The position numbers were made by a program, and so were the translations under genes. A stretch of DNA of 64,000 nt from Mobula hypostoma (lineage: Eukaryota), in the NCBI RefSeq assembly GCF_963921235.1, contig NC_086097.1, positions 14,508,001 through 14,572,000 of the forward strand, in the 5' to 3' direction. The notes beneath the pieces are model-generated. The model ran no database searches. It had not been told where the DNA came from and saw only the letters and a program-made list of their open reading frames with translations. Each line of letters begins with the position of its first letter. Position 1 is the first letter of the stretch. Shown piece after piece: positions 37,393 to 49,046 of this stretch.

Positions 37393-38359
37393 CCACTATT
37401 TTCTTGATATTTGTTGCTTATTTACTTATTCATTATTATTATTTCCTTCATTTTGTATTTGCACAGTTTGTTGTCTTTTGCACACCAGTTGAACACCCAA
37501 GTAGGTGCAGTCCTCATGGTTTTTATTCTATAATGGATTTACTGAGTATGCCCGCAAGAAAATGAATCTCAGGGTTGCATATGGTGACATAAAAAGTACT
37601 TCAATAGTACATTTACTTCAGACTTTGAACTTTCCCCCAGCGCCTCTTGTGCTGGACGCCTAATTCATCCCAGTTACACCACCGGGCCCCAAGCACTGGC
37701 ACTTGTTCCTTGCCAGGGTGGTATCACTGCACCGAAGAAGGCAATCACTTTCAAAGCTCACAGGAGGAGTGCAGGTCCTTAGTGGCTGAGTTGCAGCCCA
37801 TGAGACGCAAAGGCAGCAAGGTGCAAAAACAAGTCATCAGATTGCAAGTTCCAGCCCTTAGCTTGCATGTCACAGAGGGACGAAGGGAATCCACTCCCCA
37901 GCAAGGATGACACCACCCGCCAATCAGACTTCGACAGGCATTAACCTTCAGCTAATGCTTGCCCTAACCATACAAAATAAGAGAAATAGAAGAAAGAGGA
38001 GCAGAAGAAGGCCATTCCACCCTTCAAAGCTTGCTCTGCCATTCTGTAGGATCTTGGCTGATCACCTATCTCAACATTAGTTCAAATTTTCAAAGTAAAT
38101 GTATTATCAAAGTACATATCTGTCACCATATACAACCCTGAGATTCATTTTCTTGTAGGCATTTAGAAGTCTCTTTCAATGACTTCTGTGGGTTGGTGTT
38201 CTATATTCTGTGTTTTTTACTCTTTGTTTTCTCAGTTTGTGCGATTCTTTTTTTTGTATGTTGGGGGAGGAGAGGTACCTCTAATTTTCACCTTTTCTGT
38301 TTCTCCAATCTCATTTGATTTTTTCAAAAATTTGGCTTATGTCAGTCAGTCTACCTTTA

Positions 38360-38637
38360 TGGAGCAGCATGATAGCATAGTGGCTCGCACAACGCTTCAC
38401 AGTGCCTTCGACCCGAGTTAAATTCCTGCCGCTGTCTGTCAGGAGTTTGTCTGTTCTCCCAGTGACTGTGTGGGTTTCCTCTGTGTGCTCTGATTTCCTC
38501 CCACAGTTGGTAGGTTAGTTGGTCATTGTAAATTATCCCGTGATTAGGCTAGGGTGAAATCAGGGGTTGCCAGCAGCATGGCTTTAAGGGGCGGAAAGGC
38601 CTGTTCCTTACTGTATCCCAATACATAAATAAATAAG
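38360..38637 (+). mobile_element. V-SINE
   Basis: A box tagcatagtgg, V-domain and aaataaataa tail. Confidence 0.85.
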
Positions 38638-39760
38638 TCTATAGGTTGTGGGGTCAGGATTGACAATAGCGACGACTGCAAGAATATAAGAGTGATGGAT
38701 GGAAGAAAGGAAATACGGAGTTAGTATCTGTATTTTGCTAGGCTGAACTCTTTCTTTTATATATTTTTTCCAGTGTATTAAAGACAAATAACAATATTTA
38801 AAAGACATTTGGATAAGCACACGGATAGGAAAATTTTAGAGGGATATGGGACAAATTACCAGAGGGGGTCACCTTGGCTGGCATGGACAAGTTGGGTTAA
38901 AGTGATTGTTTCCTTGCTGGTTCACTCAATAACTCTTTCCAGACCACCTGATCCTTTTGCATCTAAAAATTCATCCATATTCTTTCGTCAAATTTTCAGT
39001 AAGCCTGGCTTTACAGCTTCCATGGTGACAAATTTGAAGGGTTCAACATTTTCCTAGTGAAATTTCTCCTCATCTCAGTCCTAAATCTCTCGCTGGTAAT
39101 CTGAGACCGCGACCCCTTGCCCCAGACAACCGCACCAGGGGAAACATCCTCCTTACATCTAGTCTTTCTACCCTGTCAAGAGTTGTTTAAAGTTTCAATT
39201 ATATCCCCTTTCATTCCTCTAAGCTTTGGTGAATACAAACCTAGGCAGACGTTTGAGTCATCCGGTGATCACTGCACCATGGGCTGGAGTTCATATTAAC
39301 CCTAAATGCCCAAGACCTCCAGACCACTGGTGTGGCACCACCATTTCCTCAGGGATGTGCCCCAGTCTCACTCATGTGCCAAAGAAAGGTACAAAACACA
39401 GACAGCAGCTGTTTAAGGGAGTAACATCAGTGTTTACACAATGCAATCTGCTCCGTGTTGTCACCTGGTTAATGAGATTTCTTTTGAAAAACTTTATGCT
39501 CGTAACCTTGTGCTGCGCCCGACAGATTTGCCCAGTCAGCTGCCGGTCCACTCAGCCGCATTATGTCAGTCGACTCGCGCTTCAGCACCTGTCCCTACTC
39601 TAGAGTGCAGGAGGTGCAATCATTAGCAAAGGTGATCCTTCTGTCAGCTGGTTTTAATTATAATGCTCACTGAAACATTTTATTTCATCGCAAAGTACCC
39701 ACTTTGGCCAGTGTTATGAAGGGACTTAGGGAATTTGCTGGCCTGCTCAAGTATGTCTGG

Positions 39761-39765
<5 letters not shown>

Positions 39766-39802
<37 letters not shown>

Positions 39803-39803
39803 T
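39766..39803. repeat. (CA)n microsatellite
   Basis: Read directly from the sequence. Confidence 0.95.
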
Positions 39804-40824
39804 ACCTGCAGTGACAGTCTAAACTGGCTGCAGGTGACAGACAGCACCCAATCGCAAGAATCCACCAGTTTTCCATGAATGGAGTGTGCCCAAATGCAAC
39901 ATAATGGCTTTCAGTTGCTCATTTTATGGGATCTGGGCATCACAGGCAAGGTGAGCATTTATTGACCATCCCTAACTGCCCTTGAGAAGGTGGAATAAGT
40001 TGCCGTATTAAGTTACTTTCAGCCCCTCTAGGGAAGCTTCTCTCAAACTACTGTAGGCCAGGGAATTCTAGGATTTGGACCCAGTGATGGGACTGCCTTA
40101 TGTTCGTGAAGCGGGCAGGTCAGTGACTTGGAAATTAATACCCAGGTTGTTTCAGTGCGAGCCACGCTGCAGTGGTTCTGGAGTCCAATGCGGGCCGGAT
40201 CTCCTTGCCTGAAGGAACAACGGTGAACCAGACATTCTCTGTTTTGCCTGTTTAACCTCTGGTCCTCCCCCTCCCCCACACAGAGCTTCTTCCCCAAGGA
40301 GCCTCCCGTCCAACTAGAGCTGGTCAGTGTTAGCAGGGTGCTTGCTTCCTTCAGTCTCCCCTCACTATATAAACGCTGGCCATGACGTGTCCCCCTGAGA
40401 CTACCGTACAACTGAGAAGTCCTGCTTCCACCCCAACTCCCATCGTTGTATTCACTCAGTGCTGGCTTCATCTCTGATGAGTGACCCAACAAAGGAATTA
40501 CTAATATTAAGCAGGGCTAATATTAAGCAGGGTTCCTGCACCTGACAGCTAAACAATAGGCAACCAACTCCGAGTGCCACCAGTCAAATAAAAACACGAT
40601 TACCTGTGTATATGTTGGGTTCTCTATCATGCCTTCAAAAGCCACACACATAATTGGGTAGATATCTGGTTGAACCATGCATCAAGCAGAGATTGGTTGA
40701 TCTGGGTTTGGCAAGAGGGTTAGGGTGTTGGGGAACTAAGGCAGTTCAGTGGCTGTTAAGAAAAGTGAATAGCCACAAACTAACCAAGTTGCAGAACAAG
40801 ATCGAGGGCCAGAATGGCCCATTT

Positions 40825-41215
40825 GGAAGTCTGCATGCTTCAGTCACCCAGAGAACTATATCGGCTGGAGTCAGGGCTTTATACTTTGCCTCTTGGTAGG
40901 GTCACCCATGCCAAACAGGTCAAAGGTCAGAGGCCAGACTAGGAGTAGTCCACTGGTCCTCCAGGTTCGGGGGTTCAGCTCAGGGCTAACAACCCTGACT
41001 GGTAAAGCAAAACTGTTATGGAAGTAGCAATTAAATATCATTCTATATCTGTGTGTGACTTAACCTGAGTCTTCACTCGGGGTTTACATAAATGACAGTT
41101 GATAAAACCAAGAGGAAGCGACTGACATGATGAAAGAAGCCGTGAACACTGCCAGAGATGGAGGGCCTTTGTTGCTGCCCTAAACGCCAGAGGTGTAATG
41201 GGCAGTAAGAAAGTT
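40825..41215 (+). mobile_element. RTE (Expander/Rex3-like) bipartite non-autonomous element
   Basis: 5'UTR-like ggtagggtcacccatgccaaacaggtcaaagg...ggccagac joined to a 3' tail gttgctgccctaaacgccagaggtgtaatgggcagtaag. Second copy at 42733-43020. Confidence 0.65.
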
Positions 41216-41444
41216 AAAATGTCAAATACCAGGACCACCATGAGTCAAACAGCTCTCCTGAATTTTGAAAAAAAAACACGAGTTCAACGAGAATTATATG
41301 CTGTTGTGCAAAACCAACTCCAGGAAGGGCGGCAATGTATTTGTCACTTTGTGTTTCATTCTACCTGCAGTGGAAGGTCTGAAAATGAAAAATCAAAGTA
41401 AACTGGAGAGAATTGTGTACTTATTCATATATTTATACTTACTT

Positions 41445-41655
41445 ATATTTAGACATATATATATTTTATATATATACACACACATACATACAAATACAGT
41501 ACATACATACACACACACATATATACATACATATATATTTATTTACTGTATTCAGTTTTTTTCTCTAATATTATGTATTGAATTGTACAGCTGCTGCAAA
41601 GTTAACAAATTTCATGACATAAGCCAGTGATATTAAATCTGATTCTGATTCTGAA
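41445..41655 (+). repeat. (TA/CA)n low-complexity tract plus Rex1-type 3' tail
   Basis: Ends in aaatttcatgacataagccagtgatattaaatctgattctgattctga. Similar tails at 44690-44895 and 56525-56775. Confidence 0.75.
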
Positions 41656-42184
41656 TCCGGCCTATCCCCTGCTCTATAAAGCACCGCAACTTCTCCCTCT
41701 TTTATAAAGAACCTGGTATATTTGTGCCTACTCACACATCTGTTACAGTTTAAAATATTTTTCATGGAGAAAAAAATTATACATTTCGCCACAGTCTATC
41801 ATGTATACATGTCCTGCCAAATGGGATGCGAGATTGCTTATTTGCTCAGCTGGGTGCAATAGTGTATCTCTGAGCAGGCAGCTCAAATTCCCTGCTAAAA
41901 AAAGAAGCTGTCAAACAGAAACAAGTTTACACTTCCAGTCTAACAATGATTTTAAAACAGTCAACACGGTTCTGCATTGAATCCTGTCATCGGGATGTGT
42001 CCGCATCCAACAAGAGTCAAAATGTCTTCCGAAATATTCCTTCTCCCACTCGCCTGGAATGAGCCACAGAGGAGATCCAAAGGCAGGTGTGGGGAACACG
42101 TTTGTTTATTTTCTTACACGCCATCTCCCCTCCCCCTCAATGTCAGCCAGTCCCTCCTCACCCCTGCGAACCATGTCTTGTGTT

Positions 42185-42445
42185 GGGGCTGCACGGTGGC
42201 GTAGTGGTTAGCACAACGGCTTATGGTACAAGCGACACGGGTTCAATTCCCACCGCTTGCCTGTAAGGAGTTTTGCATGTTCTCCCTGTGACCGGGTGGG
42301 TTTCCTCCCGGAGTTCAAAGACGTACCAGCTGGTCACTGTAAATAGTCCTGTGATTAGGCTAGGGTTAAATTGGGGGATTGCTGGACAGCGTGGCTTGAA
42401 GGGTCGAGCGAGCTTATGCTGCACTGTACCTCTACAAATAAACGA
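42185..42445 (+). mobile_element. V-SINE
   Basis: A box tggcgtagtggttagc, B box gggttcaattccc and V-domain. Confidence 0.88.
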
Positions 42446-42732
42446 ACAACCACTTGAAGCTTATCTCTATGACCACTTGGCAACAGCCTTCCTTCAGGTT
42501 TCAAGGAGAGGAATCCGAAGGAAGCTCTGATTCTCTGCTGAGACCCAGCAATAACAGACACACCATACAATCCTTAACGCAGCGTTCAATCAGACAGACA
42601 CAGCTACCTCGCCCAAGAATGGTGAAACTTCAGGGATAACGTAAAATGCCAATGCTCCTTGTTTACTGCAGAAGTTGGTGTGAAGAAAGTGGTGGGAAAG
42701 TACAACAAGCAATCGATGTAACGCTACCAGTA

Positions 42733-43020
42733 TTGGCCTCCAAGGGGACCACAACCTTGCCTTAGGGTCTGGAGGCTTGTGTGCCTCAATGACCCTGAGA
42801 GCTATTTTGGCTGGAGTCAGGGCCTTGTGCTTTGACTGTTTAGGTAGAGTCACCCGTGTCGAACAGGTCAAAGGGTAGAGGCCAGACCAAGAGTGGTCCA
42901 TCAGTCCTCCAGGTTTGGGGGTTTAGCTCAGGGCCAACAATCCTGACTGGTCAAACAAAACTGTTACAGAAACAGCAAAAAAGCTGCCCTAAACACAGTG
43001 GAGTAACAGGCAGTAACTAC
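42733..43020 (+). mobile_element. RTE bipartite non-autonomous element, copy 2 (5' end retained)
   Basis: accacaaccttgcc...ggaggcttgtgtgcctcaatgaccctgagagcta, then colinear with 40860-41030. Confidence 0.65.
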
Positions 43021-43026
43021 CATTAT

Positions 43027-43325
43027 TGGGGCGCCTCAGAAGTGTAGAGGTTAGCGCAACGCTATTACAGTTTGGGGGTGGAGTCGGAGTTTAGAACTCC
43101 ATTCTGGTTTATGAGGCAAGAAAATTTGTACGTTCTTTCCGTGACCACGTGAGTTTCATCTCGATGCTCCAAAGATGGACTGACTGGTAGGTCAATTGGT
43201 CATTGCCAATTGTCCTGTGACTAGGCTAGGGTTAAACCAGTGGGTTGCTGGGCGGTGAGGCTCGTTGGACTGGAGAGGCTTGTTCCATGCTGTATCTCTA
43301 AATAAATAATTATAAAAATAAATAA
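43027..43325 (+). mobile_element. V-SINE
   Basis: Head agtgtagaggttagcgcaacgctattacag and tail ctgtatctctaaataaataa. Confidence 0.8.
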
Positions 43326-44254
43326 CCTGCTTTTACACTCTCAGTCACAGGCACAGGCACCTCTAGAAGTTTGCCTAGGAGGGTTAATTTCTCGTACTGA
43401 CAAGAGCAGAATTGGTAAATTGCGCTCTGCAGCTTCTTCTTGCAGAAGCTGGTGAATCTCCGGAATTTTCTATCCCGAAGAGCTGTGGAGACTGAATTTC
43501 AAAAAGGATGCAGGTAAATTTTTGAAAGATTGGGGAATCAAGGAGAACAGGGAACTGGCACAGAAGATGAATTGAGGCCTGGGGCACATCAGCCACGATC
43601 ACATTGATGGGACAGGCTTGAAGGGCAATGTATCTGACTCCTGCTCCAATGTTCTTATGAAGCATTAGGGCTCTATTAACTTTCCTTTAAGATCACCAAT
43701 GGAGAGTAATTATTGAGCCATTTAAAACACCCTAAAGAAATAATGTTTGCAATTATTTAACAATTCTCAATCCAAGAATCACAAACTAGAAAAAGACATG
43801 TTTTGGGGCCCAGAATTCCTAAAATTAGGAAAATAAGATTATACCAGATATTGGGAAGGGTGAAGTTTTGACACAGTTGGAGCTGGTACATCCCAGAACA
43901 ATAGTATCACTATGTTTTAAACAAACCAGATGAAACTTGCAGTTTAAAAAAAAACTGAGGTAACCACAATCAAGACCACATTTCAGTTCTGATTGGGGTC
44001 TATGACTGGTAAGAGCCTTTGGTTTTTATTACAGCAACTTTGGAAGACCCATGGTTTTAGAGAGAGCACAGAATAGAGTGATTAAAGTCCACAGAATCTC
44101 AACCGACATCACAGAGGATGGCCACCTTGATCAGTCTGGGGAAATACTAAATCATCTACCTTGCTTTTGAATTCAGATTTTGCTGCCATTTTGTTGTACC
44201 ATCTCTAATGGTCCAAGGAAGATTTATTTTTAAAATTTGAAGTGATATTTATTT

Positions 44255-44490
44255 ATTTTACTTATTTAGAGATACAGGACAATAACGGACCCTTACGACC
44301 CAACAAGTCCCTGCCACACACACACACCCATGTGACCCATTAACGATTTGGAATGTGGGAGGAAAATGGAGCACCCGGAGAAAACTCAAATGGTCACAAG
44401 GAGAACATTCAAATTCCTTACAGACAGTGGCGGGAATTGAACCCCGCTACCTGGTGCTATTATGCTAGCCACTACGCTACTGTGCCTCCC
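44255..44490 (-). mobile_element. V-SINE
   Basis: ttggaatgtgggaggaaaatggagcacccggag...gggaattgaaccc. Confidence 0.85.
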
Positions 44491-44511
44491 CACTGGATGC
44501 ACTGGATAAGC

Positions 44512-44660
44512 AACACGAAACCGTTTGCAGATGCTGGAAATCCAAAGCAACACACACAAAATGATGAAGGAACTTAGCAAGTAAGGCAGCATCTGTGGAA
44601 ATCAATAAACAGTCGACGTTTTGGGTCGAGACCCTTCTTCCGGACAGGAAAGGAAGCAGG
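44512..44660 (-). mobile_element. Penelope-like terminus fragment, decayed hammerhead
   Basis: Minus strand gtc-CGGAAGA-agggtctcgaccc-AAAA-cgtc-gactg. Confidence 0.8.
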
Positions 44661-46004
44661 ATACATAATGGGATTAGTGCAATGATGTGATTCCCACACT
44701 GAAAGTTTTAGGAACAGCTTCTTTCCCCTTTGCCACCAGACTTGTGAATGGTCCATGAATCCATGAGTGCTACCTTTTGCACTATTCATTTAATTATTTT
44801 TCATTATAATTTACAGTTGTTTCTGTCTTGCACTTGCACTGCAGCCACAAAACAATAAATGTCGGTGATAATAAACCTGATTCTGATTCTGAATAGAGTT
44901 TTTCAGCACTTCAGGGGTCTTTGACATTCAATCATTAGTTGCTCTGATTGGTTGCTTCTTGCACTACTCCTCAAGCACCAGGAGCTCCATCTTGTCATTG
45001 CTGCAGACTCACACTCAAAGCACAGAATGCAGTGACCATTTGTCCACCAGGGGCTCAGAGCCCCTTGGTGTTGATCCACAACCCCCACCCCCCTCCCACC
45101 ACAACCAGACTTGGGGTCAACCTTTATGTTCCCACGTAACCACATGGTGTGCACACATGTGCAGTGATCCTCTTGCCTCGAGAGCAACGGAATAAAGAAC
45201 AAAATGGCTGCCGGTTTGTTTACCAGGCTACATGGCACCACATCTGAAGTGTCACCAGTTAATCTGCTCTGTACCTGACAATATTTAATTTATGCACTTT
45301 ACTTTGATTATGCATAATTCAACTGTAGATTCTATTCTTACTTTCAGGTTATTGTGTGTTATATGGTTTATGTGTACTACTGTGCTTTACACCCTGGTTC
45401 GGAGAAAAGGTGTCTCATTTGACAGTATAAATGACAATAAACTTGACTTGATATTGTTTGCTTAAGCATTCTTGTTAATTTAAATAATTCATTACGGGTT
45501 ATATGTATAAATATGTGAAATGCATACGTCATCATGCTACCATGTGATATGTGCGCGCCTCCCTTAAAGTAAACATGAATTTAGATTCACATTTGAGACC
45601 CCCGCATCTCCCTTTGAATTAGCTTAATGTTTTGAAGCTACAAAACATAATACGGTTGGTGTCATGAAGCACAGAGCAATGCTGAACCAGTGAAATGATG
45701 TCATGTGAACCGGAGGCTGCTACACCCTCCAGTACACGCTCAGGCTTTTTCAAAAATATGCCATCTTTAGGCCTTTTTTTTTGCCTCTGTTGCATTACTA
45801 AGCTTTTCCACTCTCAATCTGTCACTACTTCCATTGACACCAATCATTATTCCTACCATCTGCTAACCACTGTGAATTATAATTGTGAAACTTTTACTCA
45901 GGTACCAACTTCCCTCTCCTTCCACAGCAACCTGAATTGATGCAGCACCTTGCTGCTCCAGTGGTGTTATGATCCAGCCTTTGTGCATGGCGAGTCATAC
46001 CACA

Positions 46005-46153
46005 GATAGAGCTCTTAAAGATAGCGGAGTGAAGGGATATGGGGAGAAGGCAGGAAAAGGGTACTGATTGTGGATGATCAGCCATGATCACAGTGAATGG
46101 TGGTGCTGGTTCGAAGGGCTGAATGGCCTACTCCTGCGCCTACTGTCGACTGT
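46005..46153 (+). mobile_element. Well-preserved CR1-like LINE 3' tip
   Basis: gggatatggggagaaggcagg...gatcagccatgatc...gaagggctgaatggcctactcctgc; related to 43520-43660 and 60240-60475. Confidence 0.85.
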
Positions 46154-48954
46154 CACGCAATGCCACAAAGGTTAACCATTCAGAGATGTCGGAGTATTGG
46201 AACCAACAACCAAAGGCGCAGTTGGAGACGTAGATTTTAAAGGAAGGGAGGGAGGTATACGACTGCAAAGAGTTAGCAGGGGAATTCAGAGCATCAGGAT
46301 GAAGAAATGTCTGCCAGTGGTGCAGGAATGGGCAAGAGGCTAGAATTGGGTAGTTATCTGTATTCTTTTAGAACTTTAAGAAAAAGTTGCTAATGCTTCA
46401 TAAAGATTAAATGGGATAACACGCCACTATTAAACAGCAGACAGACAGGAGGACTTTATAACTAATAATCCCACACAATGGGTTCAAAGCCCGAATCCAA
46501 TACAGGCCCATCCAATAACGAATGGTACACTACAACCGAAGTTCTGCCCAGGCTGGAAATCTGAAAGGAAAGCAGGAAAAGCTGGAAGGACACCACAGGT
46601 CAGGTAATATCCACAGAGACAGGAGCAGAACTAATGTTTCCAGTCAGTGACCTTCCATCGAAACTGGTGCCTGGGAATGGTTGACTTTCATCTCTTGTGT
46701 TTGAATTAGCAATAGACAGAGGTTCTGCACTGTGAAGGATGTGCCAACTAATTCATCTCCCTTCCCTTTCCCATTCCCTGACACAATTATAGATTTCTTT
46801 TCTACCCCCTTTCCCCTGCCTCAGGTACATGGCCCCATTCCCTTCTGAGAGCTCCTACTGAATCAATTTCTTCCGCCCTCTCAGGCAGTGAATGCCTTAA
46901 TCTTCCGAGGCTGGTGCCGTCACCATCTAGAACGGAAATACGGAATGTTTTATGTGTGAAACAGCTTCCGCGCCCTTCCCCCACCTCTCCCCTCAACATC
47001 CCCCTGTGCCTCAGCCTCACCACCCCTCCAATTTCACCCGGCTTGTTTTCAGTTGAGGAAATGGGCCAGGGATAACCCCTGGCAACACTGTGTACAATCC
47101 CCATGTATTTGCCGTATAGTCCTGTCATCACCTGTAGGCCCTGCAGCAAGAAGCATCTGTTTTTTATTCCCATTCACTCACTCGCGCGTACTAAAAAAAA
47201 ATAAGACCAGCTCTGCCTTTACTTTTGAACGTGTAGATAGAAAAAAAAAATCAGTTTAAAAAAAGAGCCATGGTGAGTGTACTCAGCTCCAGTTACGGCC
47301 TAGCCTAAATTAAAATGGCTGCCGCTCTTTCCATTAGATTTAAATGAAATCAAAACCAGATGAGGGTTGAGACATCAGCCCTTTATCAGCACATTACACT
47401 CGCCTTTCCAAGTGTAGCATAAAGCAATGCTGGTGGTGAGGGAGGTAGAGATGGTGGAATTGAAAAAAAATGTTTCATAAGTACTATTCCTTTCCTTGTA
47501 GTTTTCCATTCCAAATGGCATACACAAGCAAAATATAAGGTCATAATCTATGAATGAGTTGGAAGGGAGGAATATAAAATGAGGAAAGTGGACTTTGTAA
47601 AGCTTTTCCCTCAACTCAGTTCTTTTGTGGGACTTTCAATACTTTTTAAATATATTACTGCCACTGCCTGCCTCAAAACCTCAAAAGACAGTAACTGGGT
47701 TTTTACGAGTGCCTCGTGGTTGCAATAATATCAAAATTTTATGTCTGGAGTTGTAAAAGACAAAATTAAAATTTCTTTTATGCACAGGGTTGTAAAGGGT
47801 GCAATACCCTTCCCTGGAGGGTGGTGGGTTGTTGACTATTTTCACGATCCATCGACTTCTGTTCACCAGGTAAGAGGGGCCAGGCAAGGAAAGTGGACAT
47901 GAAACACATGGTTGGCCTGAGGGATCGAGTGATCTGTTGCTGTTTCTGTCTCACGTGTTCTCAGCTTCAGTGATGGGATTTGAAATCCTGAGTGAGTCAG
48001 GCCTCCATATTATAAAACCCACACAAGCCAGAGACTCCATTGAAATTCTTCACTCGCAATGGAATTAAAACGCTTATTGCTTACAAGTTATCACACAGTC
48101 TGCAAGAAATAGCCCGGCTCCAATTCATTCTGATACAACACTTCAGTCTAAACAACTATAATGATTCCATAGAGGTGGATTAAACAAATTTTAATCATGC
48201 ATCACATCAAACACGAAGAGTATTTCAGTTTTGACAGCACATTAGCACTGCATAAAAAAATAGTGCTCTGCAGTCTTGATCTCCCAAGCGTAACAGGTTA
48301 TCATAAAGTGCTTTTTGCACGACTGTGGGATGTCTCAACACACACGTATCCACTCATATATACACACACACACACTCACATCTCTGCAACAAGATATTCT
48401 GATGTACTCTTTCAAAATCAAACACCACCTCTGATTTTCCATATATATCATGGGAAAGGTATCCTTTAAATAGCACTGGATACCCACCCGCTGTTTGCTG
48501 CAAACAGGGGATATGCTTGCTGCAGTGTTCCAGGATCTGCTTGTGCAGGGAAGATCGGTAATCGATTGGGAAGAGGGATGCAAAGCCTGCTCACCTTGAC
48601 TTTGCAAGGATGCTGGTAGGTCTGGGAAAGAGCAAGTTTCTCCAGAAAGTAATGAACAGGCTGTGAATACGATGAGGGTTGAGAAGATGTGGACTAATTC
48701 AACATATTATGAACAAAAAATGGCAGTAGCCAAGTTAGTTAAACAGAAGCAAGATGGCAGTCACTGACCTGACTGGGACTGGTCACCACACAGTGAGGAA
48801 TAGGTGAAGGTCAGGCCCCACTGTCATGCCTCTCACCATGAGTGCCTTCACTACCTAGTGAACCCCCGATCTCACTCCACCATCAGTGACCTATAACTCC
48901 CTCCCTACCTCTTTCATTAATACTATTAAAACACCTTGGTCAAATACTAAGGGC

Positions 48955-49046
48955 CACGTGCAAAATGCTGGAAGAACTTAGCAGGCCAGGCAGCGTCTGT
49001 GGAAATGAAAGAGTTTACATATTGGACCGAGACCCTTCATCAGAAT
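48955..49046 (-). mobile_element. Penelope-like terminus fragment
   Basis: caaaatgctggaagaacttagcaggccaggcagcgtc...ccgagacccttcatcag. Confidence 0.75.

Noticed and set aside
40501..40532. 16-bp tandem duplication ctaatattaagcaggg
   Set aside because: Ordinary micro-duplication with no further structure.
45449..45652. Possible solo LTR
   Set aside because: Single copy in the window with no clean TG...CA ends or TSD; probably a repeat but not classifiable here.
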